Source: Candidatus Doudnabacteria bacterium
GTDB taxonomy: Bacteria > Patescibacteriota > Doudnabacteria > UBA920 > O2-02-FULL-48-8
Assembly (NCBI GenBank): GCA_016186915.1
Contig: JACPKU010000004.1
Location: 3,168 to 67,167, forward strand
Direction of reading: 5' to 3'
DNA: 64,000 bases
The translations under genes were made by a program, and so were the position numbers. How positions within the stretch are numbered: position 1 is the stretch's first letter; each line of letters opens with the position of its first letter. The notes beneath the pieces were generated by a model, which saw nothing but the letters and a program-made list of their open reading frames with translations, was not told the origin of the DNA and searched no databases. This document shows positions 27,789 through 37,669 of the stretch, one piece after another.

Positions 27789-28853
27789 ATGCAACTGGAA
27801 AGTCTGGAGCTGGAAAATTTTCGCAACTACAAAGAATTAAATGTGAGCCTTGATTCTAGACTGGTGCTGGTTTTGGGAGAGAATGCTTCGGGCAAAACCA
27901 ATTTTATAGAAAGCGTTTATTTTTTGTCCCGTTTAAAATCGTTCCGGGTAAGTGATGATCTTCTTGTGAAGCTCCAAGAAGATTATTTTAAAATTGTAGG
28001 CAGAGGAGGCACTCACGAATTTGAAACAGTGGTGCAAACTTCGCCAAGCTTTAAGCGCGTATTTAAAATTGACCAGCAAAAAGTAAAGCGGGCCAGCTGG
28101 CAAACATTCCAAGCGGTGTTGTTTGTGCCGACTGACCTCAACATGTTTGTGCTGGGTCCCGCCACCAGGCGCAAGTACTTAAACGACACCCTGGTACAGC
28201 TGGACAAAAGTTATGCCGCTGATTTGGCAAGTTTGGATCATGTGCTTAAACAGCGCTCAAGCTTGCTGGATAGAATTTATAAAAACCAGGCAGACACAGA
28301 AGAGTTGGGGTTTTGGGACCAGGAACTAGCAGGGCTTGCAATTCGAATCAGCAGACAGCGACGAGGCTTTTTGGATTTTTTAAACAAGAAGTTTGACAAG
28401 CAGTATCAAGACCTGACGGGGTTTAAAAGCAAATTTGAAATAGTATATAAAGGGTTGGGCGAGCACGCGGAGCAGGAGCAGTTTCTAGAAAAGCTCAAGC
28501 AGATTAGAGAGGCGGAGACAAGAAGCGGCACGAATTTATTGGGTCCGCATCGCGACGACTTTATTATCAACAAGGACGAAGAATTAAATGTTTATAATTC
28601 TTCCAGAGGCGAACTGCGCGAACAAGTCCTCACCATCAAGCTTTTGCAAGCCCAGTATTTAACTGATGAAAAAGACAAACCAGTGATGCTTTTGGATGAC
28701 GTGTTTTCTGAATTGGACGAACAGCGCCGCGCCATGCTTTTGGAAAATTTATTAGACTATCAAGTGTTCATCACTTCCACCGAAGAGCGCCATTTGCCGA
28801 AACTCCAAAAACAAACCCAGATTTTGAAAGTGAAGGACAATCAGATATTATAA
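27789..28853 (+). CDS. recF: DNA replication/repair protein RecF
   Basis: LELENFRNY...GENASGKTN Walker A and an SMC-like signature. Confidence 0.9.
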   Translation: MQLESLELENFRNYKELNVSLDSRLVLVLGENASGKTNFIESVYFLSRLKSFRVSDDLLVKLQEDYFKIVGRGGTHEFETVVQTSPSFKRVFKIDQQKVKRASWQTFQAVLFVPTDLNMFVLGPATRRKYLNDTLVQLDKSYAADLASLDHVLKQRSSLLDRIYKNQADTEELGFWDQELAGLAIRISRQRRGFLDFLNKKFDKQYQDLTGFKSKFEIVYKGLGEHAEQEQFLEKLKQIREAETRSGTNLLGPHRDDFIINKDEELNVYNSSRGELREQVLTIKLLQAQYLTDEKDKPVMLLDDVFSELDEQRRAMLLENLLDYQVFITSTEERHLPKLQKQTQILKVKDNQIL

Positions 28854-28913
28854 ATTGTAGACTAGAGATTCTATCACAGCACAAAGTTCGCAGATCATTA
28901 ATATAATCGAGTT

Positions 28914-28940
28914 AAAACACCGCCCTTCCGGCGGTGTTTA
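28914..28940. terminator. Bidirectional terminator hairpin
   Basis: aaaacaccgcccttccggcggtgtttat, between convergent recF and ruvB. It overlaps the ruvB stop codon. Confidence 0.55.
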
Positions 28941-29972
28941 TAACAATCTCTGATTTTTGCCTGGAGGAAATTTTTTTAAGTGTTCCATGGCTGCAGGGGT
29001 AGCGGTCCGGCCTTTGGGCGTGCGCATTATCAGCCCCAGCCTTAGCAGATAAGGCTCATAAATATCTTCAATAGTGCCGATGTCTTCAGAAGCAGCTGCG
29101 GCTAAAGAAGACACCCCCACCGGCCCGCCGCCGAATTTGTCGATCAACACTTCCAAGATTCTGCGATCGTTCGCATCCAAGCCCAACTCGTCTACTTCCA
29201 TCATACTCAGGGCTTGTTTTGCGATTTCTTTACTGATTTTCCCCTGTGCTTTTACTTGGGCAAAGTCCCTGACCCGTTTGAGCAAGCGGTTGGCTACTCT
29301 GGGCGTGCGGCGCGAGCGGGACGCGATTGCTTTGTGTCCCGCCTCATCAATTTTAATTTTCAAAATTTTGGCGGCGCGTTCCAAGATTTTTTCTATCTCC
29401 GGCTCTTCGTAATAGTCCAGGCGATACGTCATCCCAAACCGGTCTCTTAAGGGCGCCGAGAGCATGCCCACCCTGGTGGTAGCGCCAATTAAAGTAAATT
29501 TTGGCAGATCCAATCTGACGGCTTTGGCCCCTGCACCCTTGCCCAAGACAATGTCCAAGGCGTAGTCTTCCATGGCCGGATACAAAATTTCTTCCACGGT
29601 TTTGTTGAGCCTGTGGATCTCATCAATAAACAAAACATCATTGGCTTCAAGGTTGGTTAACAGCGCCGCCAGATCGCCGGCTTTTTCAATCGCAGGACCA
29701 GAAGTGACTTTAATGTTGCTCCCGATTTCTCTGGCCACAATGTGGGCGAGGGTGGTTTTGCCCAAGCCCGGCGGGCCATAAAGCATAATGTGTTCGAGTG
29801 TGTCCTTGCGGCCGAGAGCGGCATCAATCAAAATTTTGAGATTTTCTTTGATTTTTTCCTGTCCCACGTATTCAGCCAAACTTTGGGGGCGCAGGGTCGC
29901 TTCGAAAAAACTCTCTTCTTGGATTTGTTTGGGATTGGCGAGGTTGGTTTCCGGGGTGTCTTGGTTGATCAT
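28938..29972 (-). CDS. ruvB: Holliday junction branch migration ATPase RuvB
   Basis: [15 protein letters not shown] Walker A and the RuvB C-terminal winged helix. Confidence 0.95.
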   Translation of the reverse strand: MINQDTPETNLANPKQIQEESFFEATLRPQSLAEYVGQEKIKENLKILIDAALGRKDTLEHIMLYGPPGLGKTTLAHIVAREIGSNIKVTSGPAIEKAGDLAALLTNLEANDVLFIDEIHRLNKTVEEILYPAMEDYALDIVLGKGAGAKAVRLDLPKFTLIGATTRVGMLSAPLRDRFGMTYRLDYYEEPEIEKILERAAKILKIKIDEAGHKAIASRSRRTPRVANRLLKRVRDFAQVKAQGKISKEIAKQALSMMEVDELGLDANDRRILEVLIDKFGGGPVGVSSLAAAASEDIGTIEDIYEPYLLRLGLIMRTPKGRTATPAAMEHLKKFPPGKNQRLL

Positions 29973-30009
29973 AAAAATAGTAATCAGGAAACAGGAAATA
30001 GCAACCAGA

Positions 30010-31497
30010 TCATTTTATCTGGCGGAGGAAATTGAGGGTGAAGTACACGCCCCAACCAGTGGCACCCGCTGGCAGATGGGGTTTGGGTCTGGTGTTCCAA
30101 GCCGTGCCGGCAATATCCAGATGAATCCAAGGTGTTTCTCCCACAAAGCTTGCTAGAAAAAGGGCCGCGGTAGAGGAGCCAGCATGGGAATTTTCCGCAA
30201 CATTTTTAATGTCTGCGGTTTGGCTTTTGAGCTGGTCTTTGTAGCTCGGGGCCAGAGGCAGCGGCCAGTATAATTCGCTGCTCTGTTTGGAGGCTTGTTT
30301 GATCGTGCTGTCAAAGGTCGAAGCGCGGTTGGTAAAATAGCCGGTGTAGTCAGAGCCCAGAGCAACAACCACCGCACCAGTGAGGGTGGCATAGTCCACG
30401 ATCAGTTGCGGATCGTAATGTTTTTTGGCATAACTTATGGCATCTGCCAAGATTAGGCGGCCTTCTGCGTCAGTGTTGATCACTTCCACGGTTTTGCCAG
30501 AGTGGGAGCGGAGAATATCACCAGGCTTGACTGCTTTGCCAGAGAGCAGGTTTTCCGAAGCCGGGACGAGTCCGACTAAATGTATGGGCAGTTTCATGCT
30601 TGCCACGGCTTCGAAAATTCCCAGTACCGTGGCTCCGCCGCACATATCATATTTCATTTCTTCCAATTTTTCCGAAGGCTTAATGGAAATGCCACCGCTG
30701 TCAAAAGTTAAGCCTTTGCCGACCAAGACAATGGGTTGGGATTGCTTGAGGGTCTTTTTGCCAGGGGGCAAGTATTCCATGACTATAAATCTGGGCGGTT
30801 CATCGGAGCCAGCGGAAACACCCATAAGCAAACCCATCCCCTCTTTTTTAATTTGAGCCGGGTTAAGTACCCGGATTTTAAAGCGGTATTTTTTGGCAAG
30901 TTTTGTGGCGTGAGCCGCCAGATGTGTGGGAGTGGCCACATTGCCCGGATGATTGGCCAGGTCTCGGGCGTTGTTTGCGGCCAGACCAATGTTTGTGCCC
31001 TGCTCCAGAGCTTTCAGAAGCGTTACGGCAGTGGTTTTGGCCAGCACATAAACATTTTCCAAAGTTTTCTTCTTTTCTTTGGAATCTTCTTGCTTATAAT
31101 AGGTAAATTTATAGGTGCCGAAAGTCAGGGCAAATCCCGTCAACTCAAGGTAGGAAGCAAGATCAGGTTTTTTTATGACAGGCAGAACCAACCCAATGTT
31201 CTCCACGCCCAAGTTTTGGCAAGCACTGACTGCTGTTTGTATGGCCTGGCGCCAGGCGGCTTGGCTAAACAAGGATTTTTTGCCAAGCCCGACCAGCAGC
31301 AGCCGCTGACATTCATCCGTGTTGGGATAGACTAAATAGGTTGTGCCAAACTTGTTTTTATAATCCTGTTTGACGAGGTTAAGCAGTCCTGCGTCTTTGA
31401 CCAAAGGTTTCAGGCTGGCAACGAAGTCCTGATCCGCGAACACAGGCAGGATAATCAAGTCAAGGTTGTTGGGTAATTTTTTAGTTAGAGTAATCAT
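30010..31497 (-). CDS. pepA: Leucyl aminopeptidase (M17)
   Basis: [13 protein letters not shown] signature. Confidence 0.85.
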   Translation of the reverse strand: MITLTKKLPNNLDLIILPVFADQDFVASLKPLVKDAGLLNLVKQDYKNKFGTTYLVYPNTDECQRLLLVGLGKKSLFSQAAWRQAIQTAVSACQNLGVENIGLVLPVIKKPDLASYLELTGFALTFGTYKFTYYKQEDSKEKKKTLENVYVLAKTTAVTLLKALEQGTNIGLAANNARDLANHPGNVATPTHLAAHATKLAKKYRFKIRVLNPAQIKKEGMGLLMGVSAGSDEPPRFIVMEYLPPGKKTLKQSQPIVLVGKGLTFDSGGISIKPSEKLEEMKYDMCGGATVLGIFEAVASMKLPIHLVGLVPASENLLSGKAVKPGDILRSHSGKTVEVINTDAEGRLILADAISYAKKHYDPQLIVDYATLTGAVVVALGSDYTGYFTNRASTFDSTIKQASKQSSELYWPLPLAPSYKDQLKSQTADIKNVAENSHAGSSTAALFLASFVGETPWIHLDIAGTAWNTRPKPHLPAGATGWGVYFTLNFLRQIK

Positions 31498-32654
31498 TGG
31501 GCTTGTTCGGGGTTGTTAATGGTTTCGTCTGCGCTATTTTTTTCCGCGTCAGGATTGGGGATGTTTGATTCTACCACTGATTCTTGTTTGTAGAGGTCTG
31601 GACTGCGGTAGTTGCTGTAAAAAGTATCCTCTAAAATCTCCCCGTTGATGCTGACTTTTCTGCCCCAGGCTGACTTCATAGCGCCGTTTGCTTGGCGGTC
31701 GTAGGAATAAGGAGTACTTAATTCTACCACTCGATCGTCTTTTGTGCCATAGAAGTCATAATAGAGTTTACTGCCTTCCACCCGGGTTTGGATGAGCAGG
31801 TGGCTCGGCAGATTGTTAATAAATCGAAAGTCAACGACACCCGGATAAATTGTGGCATCTGTGCCCTGCGGAGCATAGTATTGAACAGCAAACGAATGAT
31901 TTCTGCGTTCGGTAATAGGCAAGCCGGCATTCATGACTGCCCGAAACACTGTAGTTGACACTTGGCATAACCCCCCGCCGAATTCTTTTTTCAGCCCGTC
32001 TTGTTTGATCACCAGTTCAGGCAAAAAGCCATTAGTCGCGTCCACGTCTCCCAGAAATTTATTAAAACCAAACTCTTCTCCGGGAGCCAAAACCAAACCG
32101 TTATATTTTTCCGCGCCAACCCTGATATTGTGTACACGGTTGGCTGGGGAGCCGGCAAAATTGGACTCGCCCACCGCCACCAGTTCGTTGATGCCCAATT
32201 CGTTGGTGTCAGCAAGGGCGACCGGTGGTTTAGAAATAATTATTGAAAGCGGGACCGGATCAGTCCCAGACAAAATGGCTTGATAGAGCGCAAAGGTGTC
32301 CAGAATTTGGCCATTTTGTCCAGGTTCGAATTTTTTTGCTCGCAGATTTTCAATCACCAGTTCCGCAGACTTGCTGGGCTGATTAAGCGCTTCGGAAACT
32401 TCTAAAATTTTCCCCAAGCTGGCATTGTCCAGAGTCGGAGCAGTGTTTAAAGAAGCTTGGTTCAATAAAATTTCCTTTGCCTTAAGGCGCAAATCGAAGT
32501 TGTTGCGCACGGAAAAAATCTTAGCTTGTTCAGCGTATTTAACTTCTACTTCCCAAGTTTGGTCATCAAACACAAGCCCGGTTGCCGCGACTGTTGCAGG
32601 CAACAGGAACAGGGAGGCAAAGATAAAAATTTTAAGTATTGTAGCTTGTGACAT
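31494..32654 (-). CDS. VanW family protein
   Basis: GGGLCQVSTTVFRAVMNAGLPITERRNHSF matches the VanW core. Confidence 0.7.
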   Translation of the reverse strand: MSQATILKIFIFASLFLLPATVAATGLVFDDQTWEVEVKYAEQAKIFSVRNNFDLRLKAKEILLNQASLNTAPTLDNASLGKILEVSEALNQPSKSAELVIENLRAKKFEPGQNGQILDTFALYQAILSGTDPVPLSIIISKPPVALADTNELGINELVAVGESNFAGSPANRVHNIRVGAEKYNGLVLAPGEEFGFNKFLGDVDATNGFLPELVIKQDGLKKEFGGGLCQVSTTVFRAVMNAGLPITERRNHSFAVQYYAPQGTDATIYPGVVDFRFINNLPSHLLIQTRVEGSKLYYDFYGTKDDRVVELSTPYSYDRQANGAMKSAWGRKVSINGEILEDTFYSNYRSPDLYKQESVVESNIPNPDAEKNSADETINNPEQAQ

Positions 32655-33090
32655 TTCTTCGGTTATTGCTAATAATTTTAAACTTGAGAATTAGATCGCA
32701 GGCTTTTAAAATTTTGGGAAACTTGTCCGCCCATTCGATCAAGATGATCCGGTTCTTTCCGGCCAAAAGTTCTTTGACCCCCAACTCCTCCAATTCAGAC
32801 AAGTGATTGAGTCTGTAAAAATCTAAATGGAACAGTTGGCGGTTTTGGAAACCATACACCGAGAGAATTGTAAAGCTCGGGCTTTTCAGTTTTTTGATTT
32901 TCAGCGCCTTGGCAAAACTTTTGGCAAACGTGGTCTTGCCGCTGCCTAAGTTGCCGACCAAGCCAATCACGATATCGCGTTTTTGATAGTTCAATCCTAG
33001 TTTGAAGGCCAAGGCCTGAAGCTCGCTCAAGCTTAAATTTTGATACAGCATTTTGTGGTTTTCTTTAGTTATTTTAGCATTTTTTGCCAT
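32632..33090 (-). CDS. tsaE: tRNA threonylcarbamoyladenosine biosynthesis protein TsaE
   Basis: P-loop GNLGSGKTTFAKSFAKAL, and its small size. Confidence 0.8.
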   Translation of the reverse strand: MAKNAKITKENHKMLYQNLSLSELQALAFKLGLNYQKRDIVIGLVGNLGSGKTTFAKSFAKALKIKKLKSPSFTILSVYGFQNRQLFHLDFYRLNHLSELEELGVKELLAGKNRIILIEWADKFPKILKACDLILKFKIISNNRRNVTSYNT

Positions 33091-33128
33091 TTAAGTCGAG
33101 GGTATCAGTGCGGTTTTGGCAGCGGCGG

Positions 33129-33157
33129 TTGACAGGCGAGAATAAAGGTTGTATATT
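33129..33157 (+). promoter_or_regulatory. Sigma70-type promoter TTGACA-N17-TATATT
   Basis: ttgacaggcgagaataaaggttgtatatt, 25 nt upstream of the ATG at 33183. Confidence 0.5.
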
Positions 33158-33182
33158 AATAAGATTTAGTTTTAGAAGTTTT

Positions 33183-34316
33183 ATGATAGACGAGATGGTT
33201 CAGCCAATAATTGATAAATTGAATGGTTCCACCAAGGTTTTGATCGTCCTGCCCCAGCAACCCGGCGGAGATGATCTGGGTGCTGCCTTGGCGCTTTCAG
33301 GGTATCTAAAAAAACTTGGCAAAGAAATAACCATAATCAGCCCTACCACCACCAGCCCCAGGTTTAATTTTTTGCCCGGGTATCAGGACATTGTCCGATC
33401 AATAAAGCTTAATAGAAGTTTTGTGATTGATGTGAACACCAAACAGACCACGGTCGAGGAGCTAAGCTATTCGCAGGAGCCGGACAAGGTTTCCATCTAT
33501 CTTAAACCCAAGCAGGGAGAGTTCAGTAAAGAGGACGTCTCTTTTCGCAGTCTGGGCTATGCGTTTGATGTGGTCATTACCCTTGGGGTCGCTTCCCCGG
33601 AGCACCTAGGAGAATTTTATAATCGAACCACAGAATTATTTTTTGGCACACCGGTGATTAATATCGACCACCAGGCCTACAATGAGAACTTCGCGCAGTT
33701 TAATTTGGTGGATCTGAGCGCGTCTTCTTGCTCAGAAATAGTTTTTGACCTAATGAAAAAACTGGCTCCCGTTCAAATTGACCAGGACACAGCCACCAAT
33801 CTTTTGACCGGCATTATTATTGAAACCAACAGCTTCCAGCATACCCGCACCACGCCGCAGGCTTTTTCCAAGGCTTCGGAATTGATTGGCTTGGGAGCCA
33901 GACAGCAGGAGATCATTAACGCCCTTTTCAAAAATAAAAGCTTGGGCCTGCTCAAACTTTGGGGCCGGGTACTGGCCAGGCTCAAACAAGATCCGGCCAT
34001 CAGGCTGGTTCATTCGGTGTCGGCGCTTACCGACTTGGAAAAGTCAGAAGCCAGCGAAGAAGACATTCAGCAAATCATCAAAGAGATGATGAACCAGCTA
34101 AGCTTTGCCAGATTGTTTGTGTTTATCAGAGAGATTGATGATTTACATTCGGAAATTCATTCAGCCACCACAGCACCTGTCAGTCTGTCTGCAATGTTTG
34201 CCGCGTTTAAGCCGGAAGTGTTGGGGCAAACCACCCGGTTTATCATGCCTTTGGGGCTAAACGAGGCCGAGGGAGAGATTTTAAATATTTTGCGAGCCGA
34301 AATGGGCAAATCCTAG
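33183..34316 (+). CDS. DHH family phosphoesterase (NrnA-like)
   Basis: The DHH motif context (VLIVLPQQPGGDDLGAALAL...DHQAYNENF) and a DHHA1-like C-terminus. Confidence 0.65.
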   Translation: MIDEMVQPIIDKLNGSTKVLIVLPQQPGGDDLGAALALSGYLKKLGKEITIISPTTTSPRFNFLPGYQDIVRSIKLNRSFVIDVNTKQTTVEELSYSQEPDKVSIYLKPKQGEFSKEDVSFRSLGYAFDVVITLGVASPEHLGEFYNRTTELFFGTPVINIDHQAYNENFAQFNLVDLSASSCSEIVFDLMKKLAPVQIDQDTATNLLTGIIIETNSFQHTRTTPQAFSKASELIGLGARQQEIINALFKNKSLGLLKLWGRVLARLKQDPAIRLVHSVSALTDLEKSEASEEDIQQIIKEMMNQLSFARLFVFIREIDDLHSEIHSATTAPVSLSAMFAAFKPEVLGQTTRFIMPLGLNEAEGEILNILRAEMGKS

Positions 34317-34382
34317 GTCATTGGTGATTTAGGATTTTTTTAGTATACTTAAAACAAAAGAACTACTAATTGAGACAAAAAT

Positions 34383-35977
34383 ATGCTTACTCCAAACGAT
34401 CGGAGTATCAGGATTAAGCAGGTTTATTCCGAGCTTGATAGAAAATTCGAAGAAGAACGGACCCAAAACCAGGCGCAGAATTTGGGGGTATCTTATATTA
34501 GCCTCTACGGGTTTCCGATTGATCACAATGTCTTGGGCATGATTTCCAAAGAAACCGCAGAGGCTACTGGTGTAATCGCGTTTTATAAGGAAGGGCGAAA
34601 CATTAAACTCGGCGCGCTTAACCCGTCGTCGGAGGTTAATAAGGTAGTTGAAGGTTTAAAGGCCAATAGCTTTTATGTCCAGCTTTATCTGATTTCGCAG
34701 AGCAGTTTTGAACACGCCTTAACTTTTTATAACCGGATTGTGAAAGCAGACAGGAAGTCGCAGGACATAAAGATTGAAGACAAGGTTTCGGAAGTAAAAA
34801 TCAATTCTTTAAAAGAGCTGGCAAATAAATTGTATAACGTGTCAGCCACGGAACTGATCCAGCTGGTTTTGGGATCGGCCCTGCCGGTAGACGCGTCTGA
34901 CATTCATCTAGAGCCGGGCGTTTCCAGCATCAAGGTGCGCTTCCGAATTGATGGCGTGTTGCAGGATGTCGCCACCTTGCCGAAAGATGAGTATCATCAA
35001 TTGGTTTCCCGAATTAAAATTTTGTCAAAACTCAAGTTAAATATAGTGACCAGTCCGCAAGACGGCAGTTTTAGTTTGACTTATAACCAGCAACCGGTGG
35101 ACATTCGCGTGTCTGTTTTGCCTTCGGCTTTCGGTGAGTCTTTCGTGCTTCGGATCTTGCGGCAGGACAAACAGGAGCTGAAGTTTGACGACTTGGGCAT
35201 TAGCGGGCTGGCGCAGAAAAATTTATTGGAACAGATGCGCAAACCCAATGGCATGATTTTAACCACCTGTCCCACTGGCAGCGGCAAGACCAGATTATTA
35301 CCTTGGAAGACCCCGTGGAGTATAGGATTCCAGGAGTCACCCAAACCCCGGTTGATAAAAAGGGAGGGTTAAGCTTTGCTCAGGGCTTGCGCGCTATCGT
35401 CAGGCAAGACCCAGACATTGTGATGGTGGGCGAGATGAGGGATCTAGAAACCGCAGAAACCGCAGCGCAAGCAGCGCTGACTGGACACATTGTGCTGTCC
35501 ACCCTGCATACCAATGACGCGGCTAGCGCCATCCCCAGGCTTTTGGATTTGGGGGTGAAGCCGTTTGTTTTGGCTCCCGCTATCAATGCAGTGATTGGTC
35601 AGCGGTTGGTGCGCCGCATTTGTTCGGCGTGCAAGACAGAATACACGCCGGAAAAAAATTTACTGGCCCGGGCCGAGCTGATTTTAAGCGGAATTTCCAA
35701 AACCGCCAAAGTAAAACTGCCGGCCAAACTGATTTTTTACCACAGTACTGGCTGTGAGGCCTGCAAAGGACTGGGCTACAAAGGCCGGGTGGGCGTATAC
35801 GAGGTATTTGTGGTGAATGAAGCAGTGGAAAAATTGATTCATCAGCAAGCCATTACCACGGAAATAAAAAGGCAAGCGGTAACTGATGGCATGGTGACCA
35901 TGGCGCAAGATGGACTGCTGAAAGCCCTGGCCGGAATCACCGATGTTGAAGAAGTGTTCCGGGTGACCGAGGAATAG
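34383..35977 (+). pseudogene. Type II/IV secretion/pilus ATPase (GspE/PilB family), disrupted by a ~40-nt deletion plus frameshift near 35293
   Basis: ORF 34383..35372 carries the T2SSE N-domain and Walker A (CPTGSGKT), then goes out of frame. ORF 35303..35977 continues with [28 protein letters not shown] and the Cys-tetrad. The segment between GSGKT and [10 protein letters not shown] (normally ~15 aa) is missing. Confidence 0.65.
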
Positions 35978-36069
35978 CAAAAGAATACAGAATACAGAAT
36001 ATAGAATTTGGAATTTAGAAAAAAATTAAAAAATCGCGGAACCGGCGTTTTAATATCTAATTTTTCCTG

Positions 36070-36107
36070 ATGTTTATAATTATAACGATCGTTATAATTA
36101 TAAACAT
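36070..36107. repeat. Perfect 38-bp palindrome (candidate operator / cruciform)
   Basis: atgtttataattataacgatcgttataattataaacat equals its own reverse complement. Located upstream of the GNAT gene. Confidence 0.7.
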
Positions 36108-36163
36108 GTTGCCGTAGGGGCACCTGTCTACCGTCAGGCAGGGTTTTTTGGTATGATTAATTT

Positions 36164-36715
36164 ATGAATGAACACAAATTTAATCCTGAAAAACAACCAG
36201 CCGCGAAAGCCGGTCAAATATTTGATGCTTCCCCTGAAGATGCCAGAGCAATTGCTGTCATCAGAAAACGAGGATGGGAAACCACATATGTAGATGAGGA
36301 GAAAGGAATAACGCGAGCAGATATTGATAGTCGGGGGATGGACGATGAAGACCGAATACAAAGGCACCAAGAGAGATTAAAAGAACCAAGCGAAAACGCG
36401 CATACCTGGGTCGTGAAAGTTGAGAGCCAGGTCGTGGGATTTTGCGAAGCGGTAAGCGGAGATTATAATGAAATTAAAGCAGTTTACATCCTACCAGAAT
36501 TTCAATCACAGGGCCATGGTCAGCAGCTTATGCAACAAGCCATAGAATGGATAGGACGAGATAAGGATATTTATCTGGACGTGGTGGACTTCAATACCCG
36601 AGCCATAGAGCTGTATAAGAGATTAGGTTTTGAGCTGACAGATAAAAGAGAGTTCGTGCAGTTTAAATCGGGCAAATTTATGCAAGTATTGGTAATGATA
36701 AAAAGACATGACTAA
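36164..36715 (+). CDS. GNAT family N-acetyltransferase
   Basis: Acetyl-CoA binding motif region QSQGHGQQLMQQAIEW. Confidence 0.7.
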   Translation: MNEHKFNPEKQPAAKAGQIFDASPEDARAIAVIRKRGWETTYVDEEKGITRADIDSRGMDDEDRIQRHQERLKEPSENAHTWVVKVESQVVGFCEAVSGDYNEIKAVYILPEFQSQGHGQQLMQQAIEWIGRDKDIYLDVVDFNTRAIELYKRLGFELTDKREFVQFKSGKFMQVLVMIKRHD

Positions 36716-37616
36716 GGAATTTCAGAAAAAATTGATTCTGATTGATGGACACGCGTTACTACACCGCGCTTATCACGCCCTTCCGGAAATGAACGGGCCG
36801 GACGGATTCCCCACGGGTGCGATCTTTGGGTTTTTATCAATGCTGTTTAAAGCGCTTGCAGACATTAAGCCTACCCATGCGTTAGTGACTTTTGATGTGC
36901 CCGGGCCGACTTTTCGTGATAAATTGGCCGCGGATTATAAAGCTACTAGAAAACCCACGCCAGATGACCTGACTGCGCAGCTCCCTAAATTGAAGGAAAT
37001 TTTAGAAGCCTTGGAAATTCCCGTCTATGAAAAAGCTGGGTATGAGGCAGATGATTTACTAGGAATCATTTCTCACAAAACCCCTAAGGATGTTTTAAAT
37101 ATTATTGTCACTGGCGATTTGGATATGTTGCAGTTGATTAACAGCAACACCCAAGTTTATCGGTTTAAAATTGGCTTTTCTGACATTCAAGTTTTTGATG
37201 AAAATAAAATGCTGGAGATTTATGGGCTGAAACCTTCGCAGTGGGTGGACTACAAAGCCATTCGAGGCGATACCTCGGACAATATTCCCGGGGTCAAAGG
37301 CATTGGGGAAAAGGGTGCTATGGATTTAATCAAAACCTTTGGCAGTTTGGATGGCGTGTATGCCGCGGCAGAATCAGGCAGCAGTAAGATTAAGCCGGCC
37401 ACTTTGAAAAAATTATTAGCTGACAAAAACAGCGCTTATTTGTCCCAAAAACTGGCGAACATTGATCGAAAAGGTGATTTGTCCGCCGAAGGCGGATCCG
37501 CCTTCGGCGGAGATTTTTACTTTGAACAATGCAAGCTTGGCAACTATAATAAAGACAACGTGATCAAACTCCTGCACGGTCTTGGCATCAAGGCCTTAAC
37601 TAACCGTCTACCCTAA
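36708..37616 (+). CDS. polA: DNA polymerase I, 5'-3' exonuclease (FEN) domain ORF
   Basis: LILIDGHALLHRAYHAL..., the metal-binding acidic clusters, and a helix-hairpin-helix. It ends at a TAA at 37614. Confidence 0.8.
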   Translation: MTKEFQKKLILIDGHALLHRAYHALPEMNGPDGFPTGAIFGFLSMLFKALADIKPTHALVTFDVPGPTFRDKLAADYKATRKPTPDDLTAQLPKLKEILEALEIPVYEKAGYEADDLLGIISHKTPKDVLNIIVTGDLDMLQLINSNTQVYRFKIGFSDIQVFDENKMLEIYGLKPSQWVDYKAIRGDTSDNIPGVKGIGEKGAMDLIKTFGSLDGVYAAAESGSSKIKPATLKKLLADKNSAYLSQKLANIDRKGDLSAEGGSAFGGDFYFEQCKLGNYNKDNVIKLLHGLGIKALTNRLP

Positions 37617-37669
37617 GGTATATTTCACCATCGCGAGCCCCGACGTTACAGTCGGAGCGCGGCAATCCC

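Noticed and set aside
37604-37616. Programmed -1 ribosomal frameshift joining the two polA ORFs
   Set aside because: No X-XXY-YYZ slippery heptamer or obvious downstream pseudoknot in the 13-nt overlap. The split is kept as a finding, but PRF is not asserted.
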